Source: a virus
Lineage: Duplodnaviria; Caudoviricetes
DNA length: 54,852 nucleotides
IMG/VR virus record: IMGVR_UViG_3300022206_000004
Span: 1 to 54,852 of that record
Direction: 5' to 3' (one strand)
A program made the translations under genes and the position numbers. Position 1 is the stretch's first letter. The number at the start of each line of letters is the position of its first letter. The notes under the pieces were generated by a model, which saw only the letters and a list, made by a program, of their open reading frames with translations, was not told the DNA's origin and did no database searches. Positions 28,699 to 36,560 of this stretch are shown in pieces.

Positions 28699-29160
28699 TC
28701 AAGGCCCATCTCCCACACTTGATCCAGGTTTAACCAGGTGGTAAGTATTTGGTCCGGTCCCATGGTAATCTGCCCTATACATCGGAATGTTAAGTCTAAG
28801 TGTTATTCGTGTGGGTTTACTGTCGGTTATCTGATATGGATGGAATGCGAAGTGTCTGTTCATCATAATCACTATAATGTATGACCCGCACGGGTGATAG
28901 AAGGATAGATTACTGTACTTATCTACTTCTCCTGAGTAAACACGCTCTCTGTCACGGTAAAACGGTACTATTGTTCTTCTGGCTATCGTGTAGGTAACTG
29001 TGAACGGAGTGTCGTTGTAGAAGTGCATGATGTTGTGAGGCACAGACTCTGTCTGTTCAGGTATAGCCTCAACGGCTTTGGCGTTTACTGCGGCACAGCC
29101 ACACAGTAACGCCCACATCAAAAATAACCCTAAGATAAAATGACGCACTCGTTTTAGCAC
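28699..29160 (-). CDS. Exported protein / putative lipoprotein
   Basis: Basic N-terminus, hydrophobic stretch and lipobox-like LLCGC. Confidence 0.6.
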   Translation of the reverse strand: MLKRVRHFILGLFLMWALLCGCAAVNAKAVEAIPEQTESVPHNIMHFYNDTPFTVTYTIARRTIVPFYRDRERVYSGEVDKYSNLSFYHPCGSYIIVIMMNRHFAFHPYQITDSKPTRITLRLNIPMYRADYHGTGPNTYHLVKPGSSVGDGP

Positions 29161-29169
29161 GATGTCTCC

Positions 29170-29340
29170 TTAGAGGATTATGAAAAGACTCAAAAGGAAC
29201 CCAATAACGCCACCACTAAGCACACAGATTGCGTGGGGGAGGTAGGGTTTAATCTTCTCATAAACGCTTCTGGTATCTTCTAAGTACTCCTCCAAGCACT
29301 CGTCAAACCACTCTTTGAATTGGTCTAGTTCCATTGTCAT
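29170..29340 (-). CDS. Small C-terminally anchored membrane protein (56 aa)
   Basis: Hand translation MTMELDQFKEWF...AICVLSGGVIGFLLSLFIIL; GGAGG RBS. Confidence 0.55.
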   Translation of the reverse strand: MTMELDQFKEWFDECLEEYLEDTRSVYEKIKPYLPHAICVLSGGVIGFLLSLFIIL

Positions 29341-29354
29341 CCCCTCCTGTAGTC

Positions 29355-29588
29355 TTACGGTTCAGGTACGTCGTCGTACTCGACCTCAAGCTGCCCGGTA
29401 GCGTCACGTTGGATGTTCTTAACGTTGAACTTCCCACTAGCTGGCGAAGTCTTAACAATCCGCATCAGGTCCTGGTCAAGCAGGTCTTCCCTTGTGAATG
29501 AGCCTGTGGCACCGTCGATAGCGGTTATCATCTCATCACCAGTGTATGACTGGGCGTTGGGGTCAAGCGTCATTACTTGAATAGCCAT
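29355..29588 (-). CDS. Small protein, possibly virion-associated
   Basis: 77 aa; C-terminal P.SG.F.V.NI....TG.L.V.YDD motif. Confidence 0.65.
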   Translation of the reverse strand: MAIQVMTLDPNAQSYTGDEMITAIDGATGSFTREDLLDQDLMRIVKTSPASGKFNVKNIQRDATGQLEVEYDDVPEP

Positions 29589-29597
29589 TGCTACCCC

Positions 29598-29744
29598 CTA
29601 TGTCTCGTCGTCAAAATAAATAACTAGCTTACCTGTGTCCTTGTTGACAAATATGTTGACCACCTTATAGTGTCCAGGTGGAGGTTCAGTTGGGATGTCC
29701 ACCCTCACTAGCTTACCCGTTTCCGGGTCTATTGTCCATGCCAT
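29598..29744 (-). CDS. Small protein (48 aa) sharing the C-terminal motif of 29355..29588
   Basis: Hand translation MAWTIDPETGKLVRVDIPTEPPPGHYKVVNIFVNKDTGKLVIYFDDET. Confidence 0.65.
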   Translation of the reverse strand: MAWTIDPETGKLVRVDIPTEPPPGHYKVVNIFVNKDTGKLVIYFDDET

Positions 29745-29747
29745 AGA

Positions 29748-30020
29748 TCACTCGTCTTCTAGGTCAATATCTTCCCCGAAGATCATTCGCATCATAGCTT
29801 GTTCCATGGCTTCGTCTAGCATAGGGTCTGGCTCGTCCGGGCCGAAATTCAGGTCGTCTGGGAAACCCCTACCCTTAAGGGACTCTGCAGACTTACGTAC
29901 CGCTCTCATTCTCCGGGCATCCGCTATGTCAAAAATTTCTGCTTCTCTTCCGCTCCTCGACCTTGAGCCTACGGGCTTCCTTCTTCGATAATCTGTCAGG
30001 TCGAAAAGCTTTGCAGCCAT
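29748..30020 (-). CDS. Hypothetical protein
   Basis: 90 aa; AGGAG RBS. Confidence 0.6.
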   Translation of the reverse strand: MAAKLFDLTDYRRRKPVGSRSRSGREAEIFDIADARRMRAVRKSAESLKGRGFPDDLNFGPDEPDPMLDEAMEQAMMRMIFGEDIDLEDE

Positions 30021-30119
30021 TACATAGCTCCTTGTCTAACTGTATACGTGGGTTGCACTTGGCTATGCACGAACCCTCCATACACTCAGTACACTCAGTG
30101 CAGTCAATCGCACAGCAAA

Positions 30120-30410
30120 TCATAATACCCCCATTGATATAAGCTCTGCCTTGGGTCCCTCATTACACTTGCAGCGCAGTTCTACACACTTATCACAGTT
30201 ACATGGGTGCTTCTTGATGTCCTCTTCCTTCTTCTCGTCCCACTCCGTGATGCCTAACATGTCGGTTAGCCTGTCAATTAACAGGGCTGCACCATCATGC
30301 ACGTCTAGGGTGCCGTACTCAGATTCCGATAGGGAGGTGGATACACTAAGCTCTCCATCAGTGAATTTTAGGACCTTGGTGTGTCCCATGTCAATTAGTT
30401 CACACTTCAT
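30120..30410 (-). CDS. Hypothetical protein
   Basis: 96 aa, AGGAGG RBS, C-terminal Cys cluster. Confidence 0.6.
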   Translation of the reverse strand: MKCELIDMGHTKVLKFTDGELSVSTSLSESEYGTLDVHDGAALLIDRLTDMLGITEWDEKKEEDIKKHPCNCDKCVELRCKCNEGPKAELISMGVL

Positions 30411-30437
30411 GCTAACCTCCTATGTGTAATTTTACCT

Positions 30438-30511
30438 TGGGGTGCGGGAAGGGACTTGCACCCTTATCTCTTCGGGCCACAACCGAAGCGCTTTACTTAA
30501 GCTACCCTCAC
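30438..30511 (-). tRNA. tRNA-His (GUG)
   Basis: Acceptor GTGAGGG/CCCGCAC, anticodon arm CTTCGG-TTGTGGC-CCGAAG, T arm AAGGG-TGCAAGT-CCCTT, C73 and encoded CCA. Confidence 0.85.
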
Positions 30512-30514
30512 AGT

Positions 30515-30601
30515 TGGTGGGGTAGCTAGGAATCGAACCTAGTGAGCTATAATAGCACCTGATTTACAGTCAGGCTCCGCTCCATATGGATATACTACCC
30601 C
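30515..30601 (-). tRNA. tRNA-Tyr (GUA)
   Basis: Acceptor GGGGTAG/CTACCCC, anticodon arm CCTGA-CTGTAAA-TCAGG, long variable arm, T arm CTAGG-TTCGATT-CCTAG, ACCA end. Confidence 0.9.
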
Positions 30602-30679
30602 TGTGGTGTGGTAGGGTATCTCTTCTGGATACCCCGGAGTTTCTCCACAATAATAATGGTAGTGATATTTTTCACGCAT
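30539..30679 (-). CDS. Putative Tyr/His-rich leader peptide (46 aa) overlapping tRNA-Tyr
   Basis: GAGGT SD 7 nt before the ATG; MREKYHYHYYCGETPGYPEEIPYHTTGVVYPYGAEPDCKSGAIIAH*. Confidence 0.45.
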   Translation of the reverse strand: MREKYHYHYYCGETPGYPEEIPYHTTGVVYPYGAEPDCKSGAIIAH

Positions 30680-30691
30680 AATCCATACCTC

Positions 30692-30769
30692 TGGAGCCGT
30701 AGGTCAGAATCGAACTGACAACCTTAGGTTTACAAGACCCATGCTCTGCCTAGTTAGAGCTACTACGGC
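30692..30769 (-). tRNA. tRNA-Thr (UGU)
   Basis: Acceptor GCCGTAG/CTACGGC, anticodon arm TGGGT-CTTGTAA-ACCTA, T arm GTCAG-TTCGATT-CTGAC, TCCA end. Confidence 0.92.
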
Positions 30770-30771
30770 AT

Positions 30772-30936
30772 CTACTTGTTTAACCTTGTTGGTCCCCCAA
30801 CCCTAGCTGGGGCCTCATATTTGCCTTTCTTCTTACGCTTGCGCTCTTCCTCAAGCCGTCTACGAATCTCTTCTAGCATTCGCTGTCTACCAGTCTGAGT
30901 CTGTTGTGGAACTTGTGTGTTTGCTGTGGTAGTCAT
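30772..30936 (-). CDS. Small basic protein (54 aa), first gene of the leftward block
   Basis: Hand translation MTTTANTQVPQQTQTGRQRMLEEIRRRLEEERKRKKKG...; AGGAG RBS. Confidence 0.55.
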   Translation of the reverse strand: MTTTANTQVPQQTQTGRQRMLEEIRRRLEEERKRKKKGKYEAPARVGGPTRLNK

Positions 30937-30947
30937 ATACATACTCC

Positions 30948-31100
30948 TAAAAAATAATAAAAAATTTTTTTGGGCAAGACGCTTAATGGGACCCTATCTC
31001 TATATATATATGGGTGGTAGGCGGGGTCAAGGTGGGGGGTGGAGGGGGGTGTACTACCTTTTTATTATACACACATGCGTGTGTGTGCGTAGCCCTCACA
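30948..31100. other. Low-complexity A/T-tract and G-tract segment at the strand switch; candidate genome terminus or pac region
   Basis: AAAAATTTTTTT, (TA)n and four G-runs in a non-coding gap between divergent blocks. Confidence 0.4.
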
Positions 31101-31471
31101 GCGCCCACTGCTGCATACGCTCACCTCATAAGCGTTTATACGATGGTAACGGGTCAGGGTCACATGGGTCAATGGGACATAAACCCGCATGGTTACTGGG
31201 TGTGGGAGAGTGTGCCACTCTCAACTAGAAAGGGCCTGCCGCAGCAAGCCCGATGGGTATTTCCTTATCCTTTGTCCTTTTGCCCTATTCTAGCTCCATT
31301 ATAGCATATTTCCTGAGTATTTACCGTCACTTAAAGCTATCCTAAGTAGCGCTGAGGATCACACTTGATCACACTCATCCTATCCTTTATATAATAGGGG
31401 AAATTCTCAATCACCGTAGATGCACTGATAGAGCGGGTTTACAACTATTTTACTATTGGTGCATTATTTTG

Positions 31472-31500
31472 TTGACTATCGTTCCCGGTTTTGGGATACT
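31472..31500 (+). promoter_or_regulatory. Candidate early sigma70 promoter
   Basis: TTGACT-17 nt-GATACT with TG extended -10 and an AT-rich upstream element. Confidence 0.55.
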
Positions 31501-31504
31501 AAGA

Positions 31505-31990
31505 CCACGTACAGGACCGCAACATCAACCGCAACCTCAACAAGGAGCAACGAGAGACCATACAGGGCTGCATACGGGACTAGACGGAGCCTGCAGCAAC
31601 CCACCGAAGCTAAGACAGCCCAGGCGAGAGCATCCCCGGCTACACGATGACCAACCACTGATGACCGGGACGGACCAGGGCTGAGACAGCAGCGGAGGAT
31701 TTCAGGGGAATGCCGCTCCCCGGTACAGGCAAGGCTGATAACACAACGATGACCCGCAACCAAGTAGCCTGACTCTGGCATCATGGTGGAGAGAGGCAGG
31801 CAAACAGGGCCGGGACCGTCGGACCTTCTAAGGAAAGCCCCAAGACAATCAGACAACTGTTCCAAACAGCGTATTCGCACGTCAGGAGAGGCGTAGCGAG
31901 CTTTTGGCACTTGTCGGTCAACTCCTTTTTCTCTCCACCTGAATATCCAACTAGGCTCATAACCTGGGCGAAAGATGCCCATAAACACTA
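31505..31990 (+). ncRNA. Putative large structured leader/ncRNA
   Basis: About 500 nt without a credible ORF; nested stems such as GGTGGAGAG/CTCTCCACC, ACCGGG/CCCGGT, AGCGG/CCGCT, CAGGC/GCCTG and TGGGC/GCCCA. Confidence 0.45.
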
Positions 31991-32007
31991 AGGTCTAGGA
32001 GGAAATC

Positions 32008-32319
32008 ATGATCAATTACGTAGCATGGATTTGTGGAGGATGTGGCTGGGAACTCAACGTGGTCCCCAATGAGGTACATGGAGCGGTTGGAGTCATTTGT
32101 TTCACTTGTGGCAGAGCAATGCACAAGAACGAGACCCAACCGGAGGATAGCCCATACACCAAGGCTTCAAGGCTCCTCAAAGAGCTTCAGGACCTCCACG
32201 CTGGTGGGTTCGTAAAGGACTACAAGGTCGGCTACAGCGTTAAGATGAATGACTTTGATCCAACCTTTTGCGATACCTGCAGGCGCTACATCCACTCTGA
32301 CACTGGCTGTTACTGCTAA
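32008..32319 (+). CDS. Early zinc-finger protein
   Basis: AGGAGG RBS; CGGC, CFTC and CDTC...CYC. Confidence 0.7.
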   Translation: MINYVAWICGGCGWELNVVPNEVHGAVGVICFTCGRAMHKNETQPEDSPYTKASRLLKELQDLHAGGFVKDYKVGYSVKMNDFDPTFCDTCRRYIHSDTGCYC

Positions 32320-32332
32320 GGAGGAAAAAACC

Positions 32333-32554
32333 ATGTCATCACTGATCCCCAGGAAGACCAGAGAGACCGTAGTTGAGGACGTAGCAAGGGCTGACGAGCA
32401 TATCAGGGAGGCTTTCAACGCTATCTCCACTGACTTCTGGCAGGCCCAGAGAGTAGGTTGCACCAAAGTCTCAATCGCCACAAACGCAGTGAGAGTGCAG
32501 CTTAACAACATCTCAAAAGCTATCTACGACCTCAAAAAGGACCTCAATATCTAA
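32333..32554 (+). CDS. Early hypothetical protein
   Basis: AAGGAGG RBS before the ATG at 32333. Confidence 0.65.
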   Translation: MSSLIPRKTRETVVEDVARADEHIREAFNAISTDFWQAQRVGCTKVSIATNAVRVQLNNISKAIYDLKKDLNI

Positions 32555-32627
32555 AAGGAAAGGACCAGGCGTGAGCCTGGTTGGATGTTCAGAACAACTG
32601 ATAAACCATTATCATAAGGAGAGAATC

Positions 32628-33668
32628 ATGAGTAATCGGAGAAAGATCAAGAGAAAGAGCGTCCCCAGCTTGACACCCGCCAAGATGTTCAAGGCGCTGG
32701 TAACAGCGTTCCAGAACCGCTTGCAGTTGCTTCTGGTAGGCGCTCCAGGCGTAGGTAAAACCGCTCTAGTCCTGCAGGCGGCAGCAAAGCTGGGCTACAA
32801 CGTGATCATCATGCACCCGGTTGTGAGCGATCCCACTGACTTCAAAGGATTGCCGTGCCTGGTGAACGGTAAAGCCGTGTTCTTGCCCTTCAAGGAGCTT
32901 CAAGAGATGATTGATGCCGATACACCTACCATCGTATTTCTTGATGACCTGGGCCAAGCCAGCGCAGCGGTTCAGGCGGCTGCAATGCAGCTAATCCTGG
33001 GCAAGCGCATCAACGGTCACAACCTCAGCGATCACGTCATCTTCGTTGGTGCTACCAATAGAAGAGAGGACATGGCAGCGGTGCAAGGCATCTTGGAGCC
33101 AGTGAAATCACGCTGGCACTCAATCGTTGGCCTGGAATGCGACGTGAATGCTTGGCTAGAATGGGCTGAAGAGGAGGGTCTCAACCGCTTTGTGAGAGCC
33201 TTCATTGCCCGTAGACCAAAGCTGCTTCACGATTTCCAACCATCCCAGGACATGGTCAATACTCCATCACCAAGGACCGTGGCTAATGCTGCAGCCGTCA
33301 TTGATGCCGGGTTCCCGGCTGAGGTGAAACGGGTAATGATAGCTGGTGCCGTTGGTGAGGGCTGGGCCACTGAGTACCTGGCTTTTGAGGACATGGTAGA
33401 CCGCATGGTTGACCCAACAGTGGTCATCCAGGCACCTGATGACGTGGACGTTCCAACCGATCATGACGTTCTCTACGTCCTCTGCTTGGCACTGGCTGAG
33501 AATGCCACTGATGCGAACTTCAACAACATCATGACTTTCGCCAACCGGATCAAGGGACGTGAGTTCCAGAAGTTGCTGGTTAGCACTGCTACCAAGCGTG
33601 ATGAGGAGCTTAAGAACACCACTGGCTACATCACCTGGGCTTCAGCTAACCCGGAGCTTCACAACTAG
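32628..33668 (+). CDS. MoxR-like AAA+ ATPase
   Basis: Walker A GAPGVGKT, Walker B VFLDD, sensor GATNR and TPSPR; start chosen from the AGGAG RBS. Confidence 0.9.
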   Translation: MSNRRKIKRKSVPSLTPAKMFKALVTAFQNRLQLLLVGAPGVGKTALVLQAAAKLGYNVIIMHPVVSDPTDFKGLPCLVNGKAVFLPFKELQEMIDADTPTIVFLDDLGQASAAVQAAAMQLILGKRINGHNLSDHVIFVGATNRREDMAAVQGILEPVKSRWHSIVGLECDVNAWLEWAEEEGLNRFVRAFIARRPKLLHDFQPSQDMVNTPSPRTVANAAAVIDAGFPAEVKRVMIAGAVGEGWATEYLAFEDMVDRMVDPTVVIQAPDDVDVPTDHDVLYVLCLALAENATDANFNNIMTFANRIKGREFQKLLVSTATKRDEELKNTTGYITWASANPELHN

Positions 33669-33836
33669 AAACCTTCTTCGATGCCGTCGGTGGGCAACAT
33701 TGCCAGCCGTGAGGACCCGCTACAACCGCTCCACCGTGAGAGGGCTGGGCTGGACCAACAATGACACAAAGCCGACGGTATTCATAGGTGGTTTTTGGTA
33801 TGTAATAACAACAACATAGAGGAAAAGGAGAATGTC

Positions 33837-34691
33837 ATGATTATCAAAACAGATTTACGTGAAAAGGCTATGACGGTTGCGCTGAACATTAGCTGCTGGT
33901 CTGCTAGGAAGTTCGACAAGGCAGTGACAAAGCGCATCCATGAGGATTTTGGCGTTGAGGGTAAAGAGGCTGGCAGGTTCAATAAGCTGCTGGTTGAGAA
34001 AGCCGCTATCAAGGCTATCGAAACAGCCCGGAACAACTGCTACACCTTCCATTACGCCAACACCTTGCCCTGGGGAAAAGGCATCACGATCCTGAAGGCT
34101 ACCAACTATGAGAACTACGCCACTGAGATGGGCAAGTTGGAGGAAGCCTACTGGGCTGAGGTGGAAGTCTTCCTGGCACGTTACACCAGGCTGATTGAGA
34201 GAGCCAAAGAGCGCTTGGGTGGCATGTTCAAGAAGGACGACTACCCGCATCCTGCTGTAATCAGAGGCAAATTCAGGTTCAACGTAAGCTATCAACCTCT
34301 GGCAGGCTCTGACGATTGGCGGGTAAACCTGAGTGCAAAGCAGGTTCAGGACCTAGCCGCCAAGACGGCTGAGAGAGAGCGTGAGTTGCTGGCAAGCTCC
34401 ATGAAAGAGGCATGGCAGCGGCTCTATGACGTGATCAAACACGCTGTAGACAAGCTTGGCAAGGCCGATGCGATCTTCAGAGATAGCCTAATTGGCAACG
34501 TGGTCAAACAGTGTGAGATACTCCCGATGCTCAACCTGGAAGATGACCCGGAGCTTGAGAAGATGAGGAAAGCGGTTCTCAGTTCAGTTGGTCGGCTGGA
34601 CCCGGCTATGCTGAGAGAGGACCCGGAGGGCCGCAAACGTGCGGCAAAGGAAGCTGAGTCCATCTTGAAGAAGCTGGACGGCTACTTCTGA
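33837..34691 (+). CDS. DUF3150-like helical protein
   Basis: ISCWSARK.D, TLPW and DYP motifs typical of the family found between AAA and VWA genes. Confidence 0.7.
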   Translation: MIIKTDLREKAMTVALNISCWSARKFDKAVTKRIHEDFGVEGKEAGRFNKLLVEKAAIKAIETARNNCYTFHYANTLPWGKGITILKATNYENYATEMGKLEEAYWAEVEVFLARYTRLIERAKERLGGMFKKDDYPHPAVIRGKFRFNVSYQPLAGSDDWRVNLSAKQVQDLAAKTAERERELLASSMKEAWQRLYDVIKHAVDKLGKADAIFRDSLIGNVVKQCEILPMLNLEDDPELEKMRKAVLSSVGRLDPAMLREDPEGRKRAAKEAESILKKLDGYF

Positions 34692-34799
34692 GACTTCTTC
34701 GATGCCCAGTGGCGCTGCATCTAGCGGCAATCCCAGGCTACTGGGTATTCATAGGAGACTTAGGAACATCAAATAATAACCATTTAACAGGAGTTGGAT

Positions 34800-36215
34800 A
34801 TGAACATAGCTGAACAAGCGGAAAGAGCTATGGAAGAGGCGAGAGCCGGGTTGGTCTCTACTCATCCATCCTTGGGCTACCTCAGCTTCAAGTTGAAATG
34901 GTTCGCTGATCCTACCTGCAAGACAGCATGGGTAGATGGTGTAAGCGTCGGTTTCAACCCGGAGTTTATCATGGGATGTACCAAGGGCCAACGTAAGTTT
35001 GTGGCGGCTCATGAGGTGGGTCACCCGATGTTAGGTCATCACCTCAGAAGAGGTGACCGGGACCCGGAACTGTGGAACCAGGCATGTGATTACGTCCTCA
35101 ACTGGATGCTGAAGGACGGGAACTTCGACATGCTGGAAGGAGTTCTACTTGATCGTAAATTTGCCCTCATGGCAGTGGAAGAGGCTTATAGCCACTTGGA
35201 AGCCAAGAGGCAGGAAGAGGACAAAGGAGGTGACAAGGATGATTCATCTGAGGATGGAAAGGATGGGGACAAGGGTGACGGCACTGGAAGCGGAAGCGAT
35301 CAGGAATCAGGAAGCGGTGGACCGTCTTCTGAGCAGGATGACGGTGCTGGAAGCGAGAGAGGAGGAGATAGTTCGCCTGAGGAACCGGGTGATAGCCCTG
35401 GAGGGGGCCAACAGCCAGGTGATGAGGATGCTGGAGGGTCACACGGCAAGTCGAGTGGAGGACCTGAGAGCGATCCACAAGAGGCTGGAAGCGATCAAGG
35501 ATGGGACGGTGTAAGAGACCTCCCAGGAGATAGCGGAAAGGCCACTGAGGAGGAGCTTGACGCTGAGGCTGAGAAATGGGACATAGCCACTCAACAAGCG
35601 GCTCAGATAGCCCGTAAGCTGCAAGGAGAGGTACCTGGGTTCGTTGAAACACTCCTCACTGACATTAGCGATCCCAAGCTGCCCTGGAATGAGATTCTGG
35701 CCCGGTTGGTAAGCCAAAAGGTAAAGGATGACTACAACTTCAGCAAGCCCAACCCACGTTACTCCTCAACTGGCTTCTTCATGCCAGCGCTTGAGAGCCT
35801 GGACATAGGCAAGGTGGCGATCTTCTGGGATACATCCTGTAGCGTCACTGACTCTCAGGTTGCTGACATAGCGGCTGAGACTCACGGGTTGCTTGAGGCC
35901 CACCCAGGTGTAAAGATTGACCTGTACCACATTGACACTGAGGTGCGTCACATTGAGGAACTCGACCAGTACACCGATTGGGATAACATCAGTGCTAAGG
36001 GTAGAGGCGGCACTGACTTTCGACCTGGCTTCTACGCTGTGGAAGACAGTGAGGAAGAAGACCCAGTAGGCATAATCTACATGACTGATGGGGAGTGCAG
36101 CAAGTTCCCGGAAACACCCCCCAATATACCAGTACTGTGGATCATCGTTGACATGCCTCACTACCAGCGCTTTGAGCCGCCTTTCGGTGAGGTGGCTTAT
36201 TACGACGACTTCTAG
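34800..36215 (+). CDS. HExxH metallopeptidase-like plus VWA protein (DUF2201 type)
   Basis: HEVGH and WNQACD, an acidic G/S/D linker, MIDAS DTSCS, GRGGTDF and MTDG. Confidence 0.9.
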   Translation: MNIAEQAERAMEEARAGLVSTHPSLGYLSFKLKWFADPTCKTAWVDGVSVGFNPEFIMGCTKGQRKFVAAHEVGHPMLGHHLRRGDRDPELWNQACDYVLNWMLKDGNFDMLEGVLLDRKFALMAVEEAYSHLEAKRQEEDKGGDKDDSSEDGKDGDKGDGTGSGSDQESGSGGPSSEQDDGAGSERGGDSSPEEPGDSPGGGQQPGDEDAGGSHGKSSGGPESDPQEAGSDQGWDGVRDLPGDSGKATEEELDAEAEKWDIATQQAAQIARKLQGEVPGFVETLLTDISDPKLPWNEILARLVSQKVKDDYNFSKPNPRYSSTGFFMPALESLDIGKVAIFWDTSCSVTDSQVADIAAETHGLLEAHPGVKIDLYHIDTEVRHIEELDQYTDWDNISAKGRGGTDFRPGFYAVEDSEEEDPVGIIYMTDGECSKFPETPPNIPVLWIIVDMPHYQRFEPPFGEVAYYDDF

Positions 36216-36326
36216 GAAGGAGGTTGATGCTTGAAGGTGATGGGAAGGCTGATTGCACCGTATCGTAGAAGGTGCGTGTCTTTCCTGATCCTTGAACCAT
36301 TAACCAAGGGAAAGGAGGTGGTAAGA

Positions 36327-36521
36327 ATGAGCGAAGCACAAGCGCTTAAGGCTCTGAACAAGATAGAAAAGGCTAGGGTGGTCTTCACCCGTGCGCTCAT
36401 AGCTGCACTGGAGACCGGGACCCCACTACCACCTGAGGTGGAAGTTAAAGAGGTGGTTGGCGGCTTCACTGTTAAGAATGCCGCTGGGTTCTTTGTTGTA
36501 ACCGTTCAGAAGGCAGGGTAA
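36327..36521 (+). CDS. Early hypothetical protein
   Basis: AGGAGGT RBS. Confidence 0.6.
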   Translation: MSEAQALKALNKIEKARVVFTRALIAALETGTPLPPEVEVKEVVGGFTVKNAAGFFVVTVQKAG

Positions 36522-36560
36522 TAACATCTGACAAACGCTTATCAGAAGAAAGGAGTAGAG

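Noticed and set aside
31658-31680. Second CTGATGA followed by a short stem
   Set aside because: No GAAA or stem III/UH arrangement follows.
31795-31860. GGCAAAC segment suggesting a c-di-GMP-I riboswitch
   Set aside because: The downstream GNRA-capped P2 and GACGCAAAGC-like consensus are absent.
31476-31988. 170-aa minus-strand ORF and short plus-strand ORFs in the early leader
   Set aside because: No SD sequence, atypical composition, and the long ORF opposes the local transcription direction.
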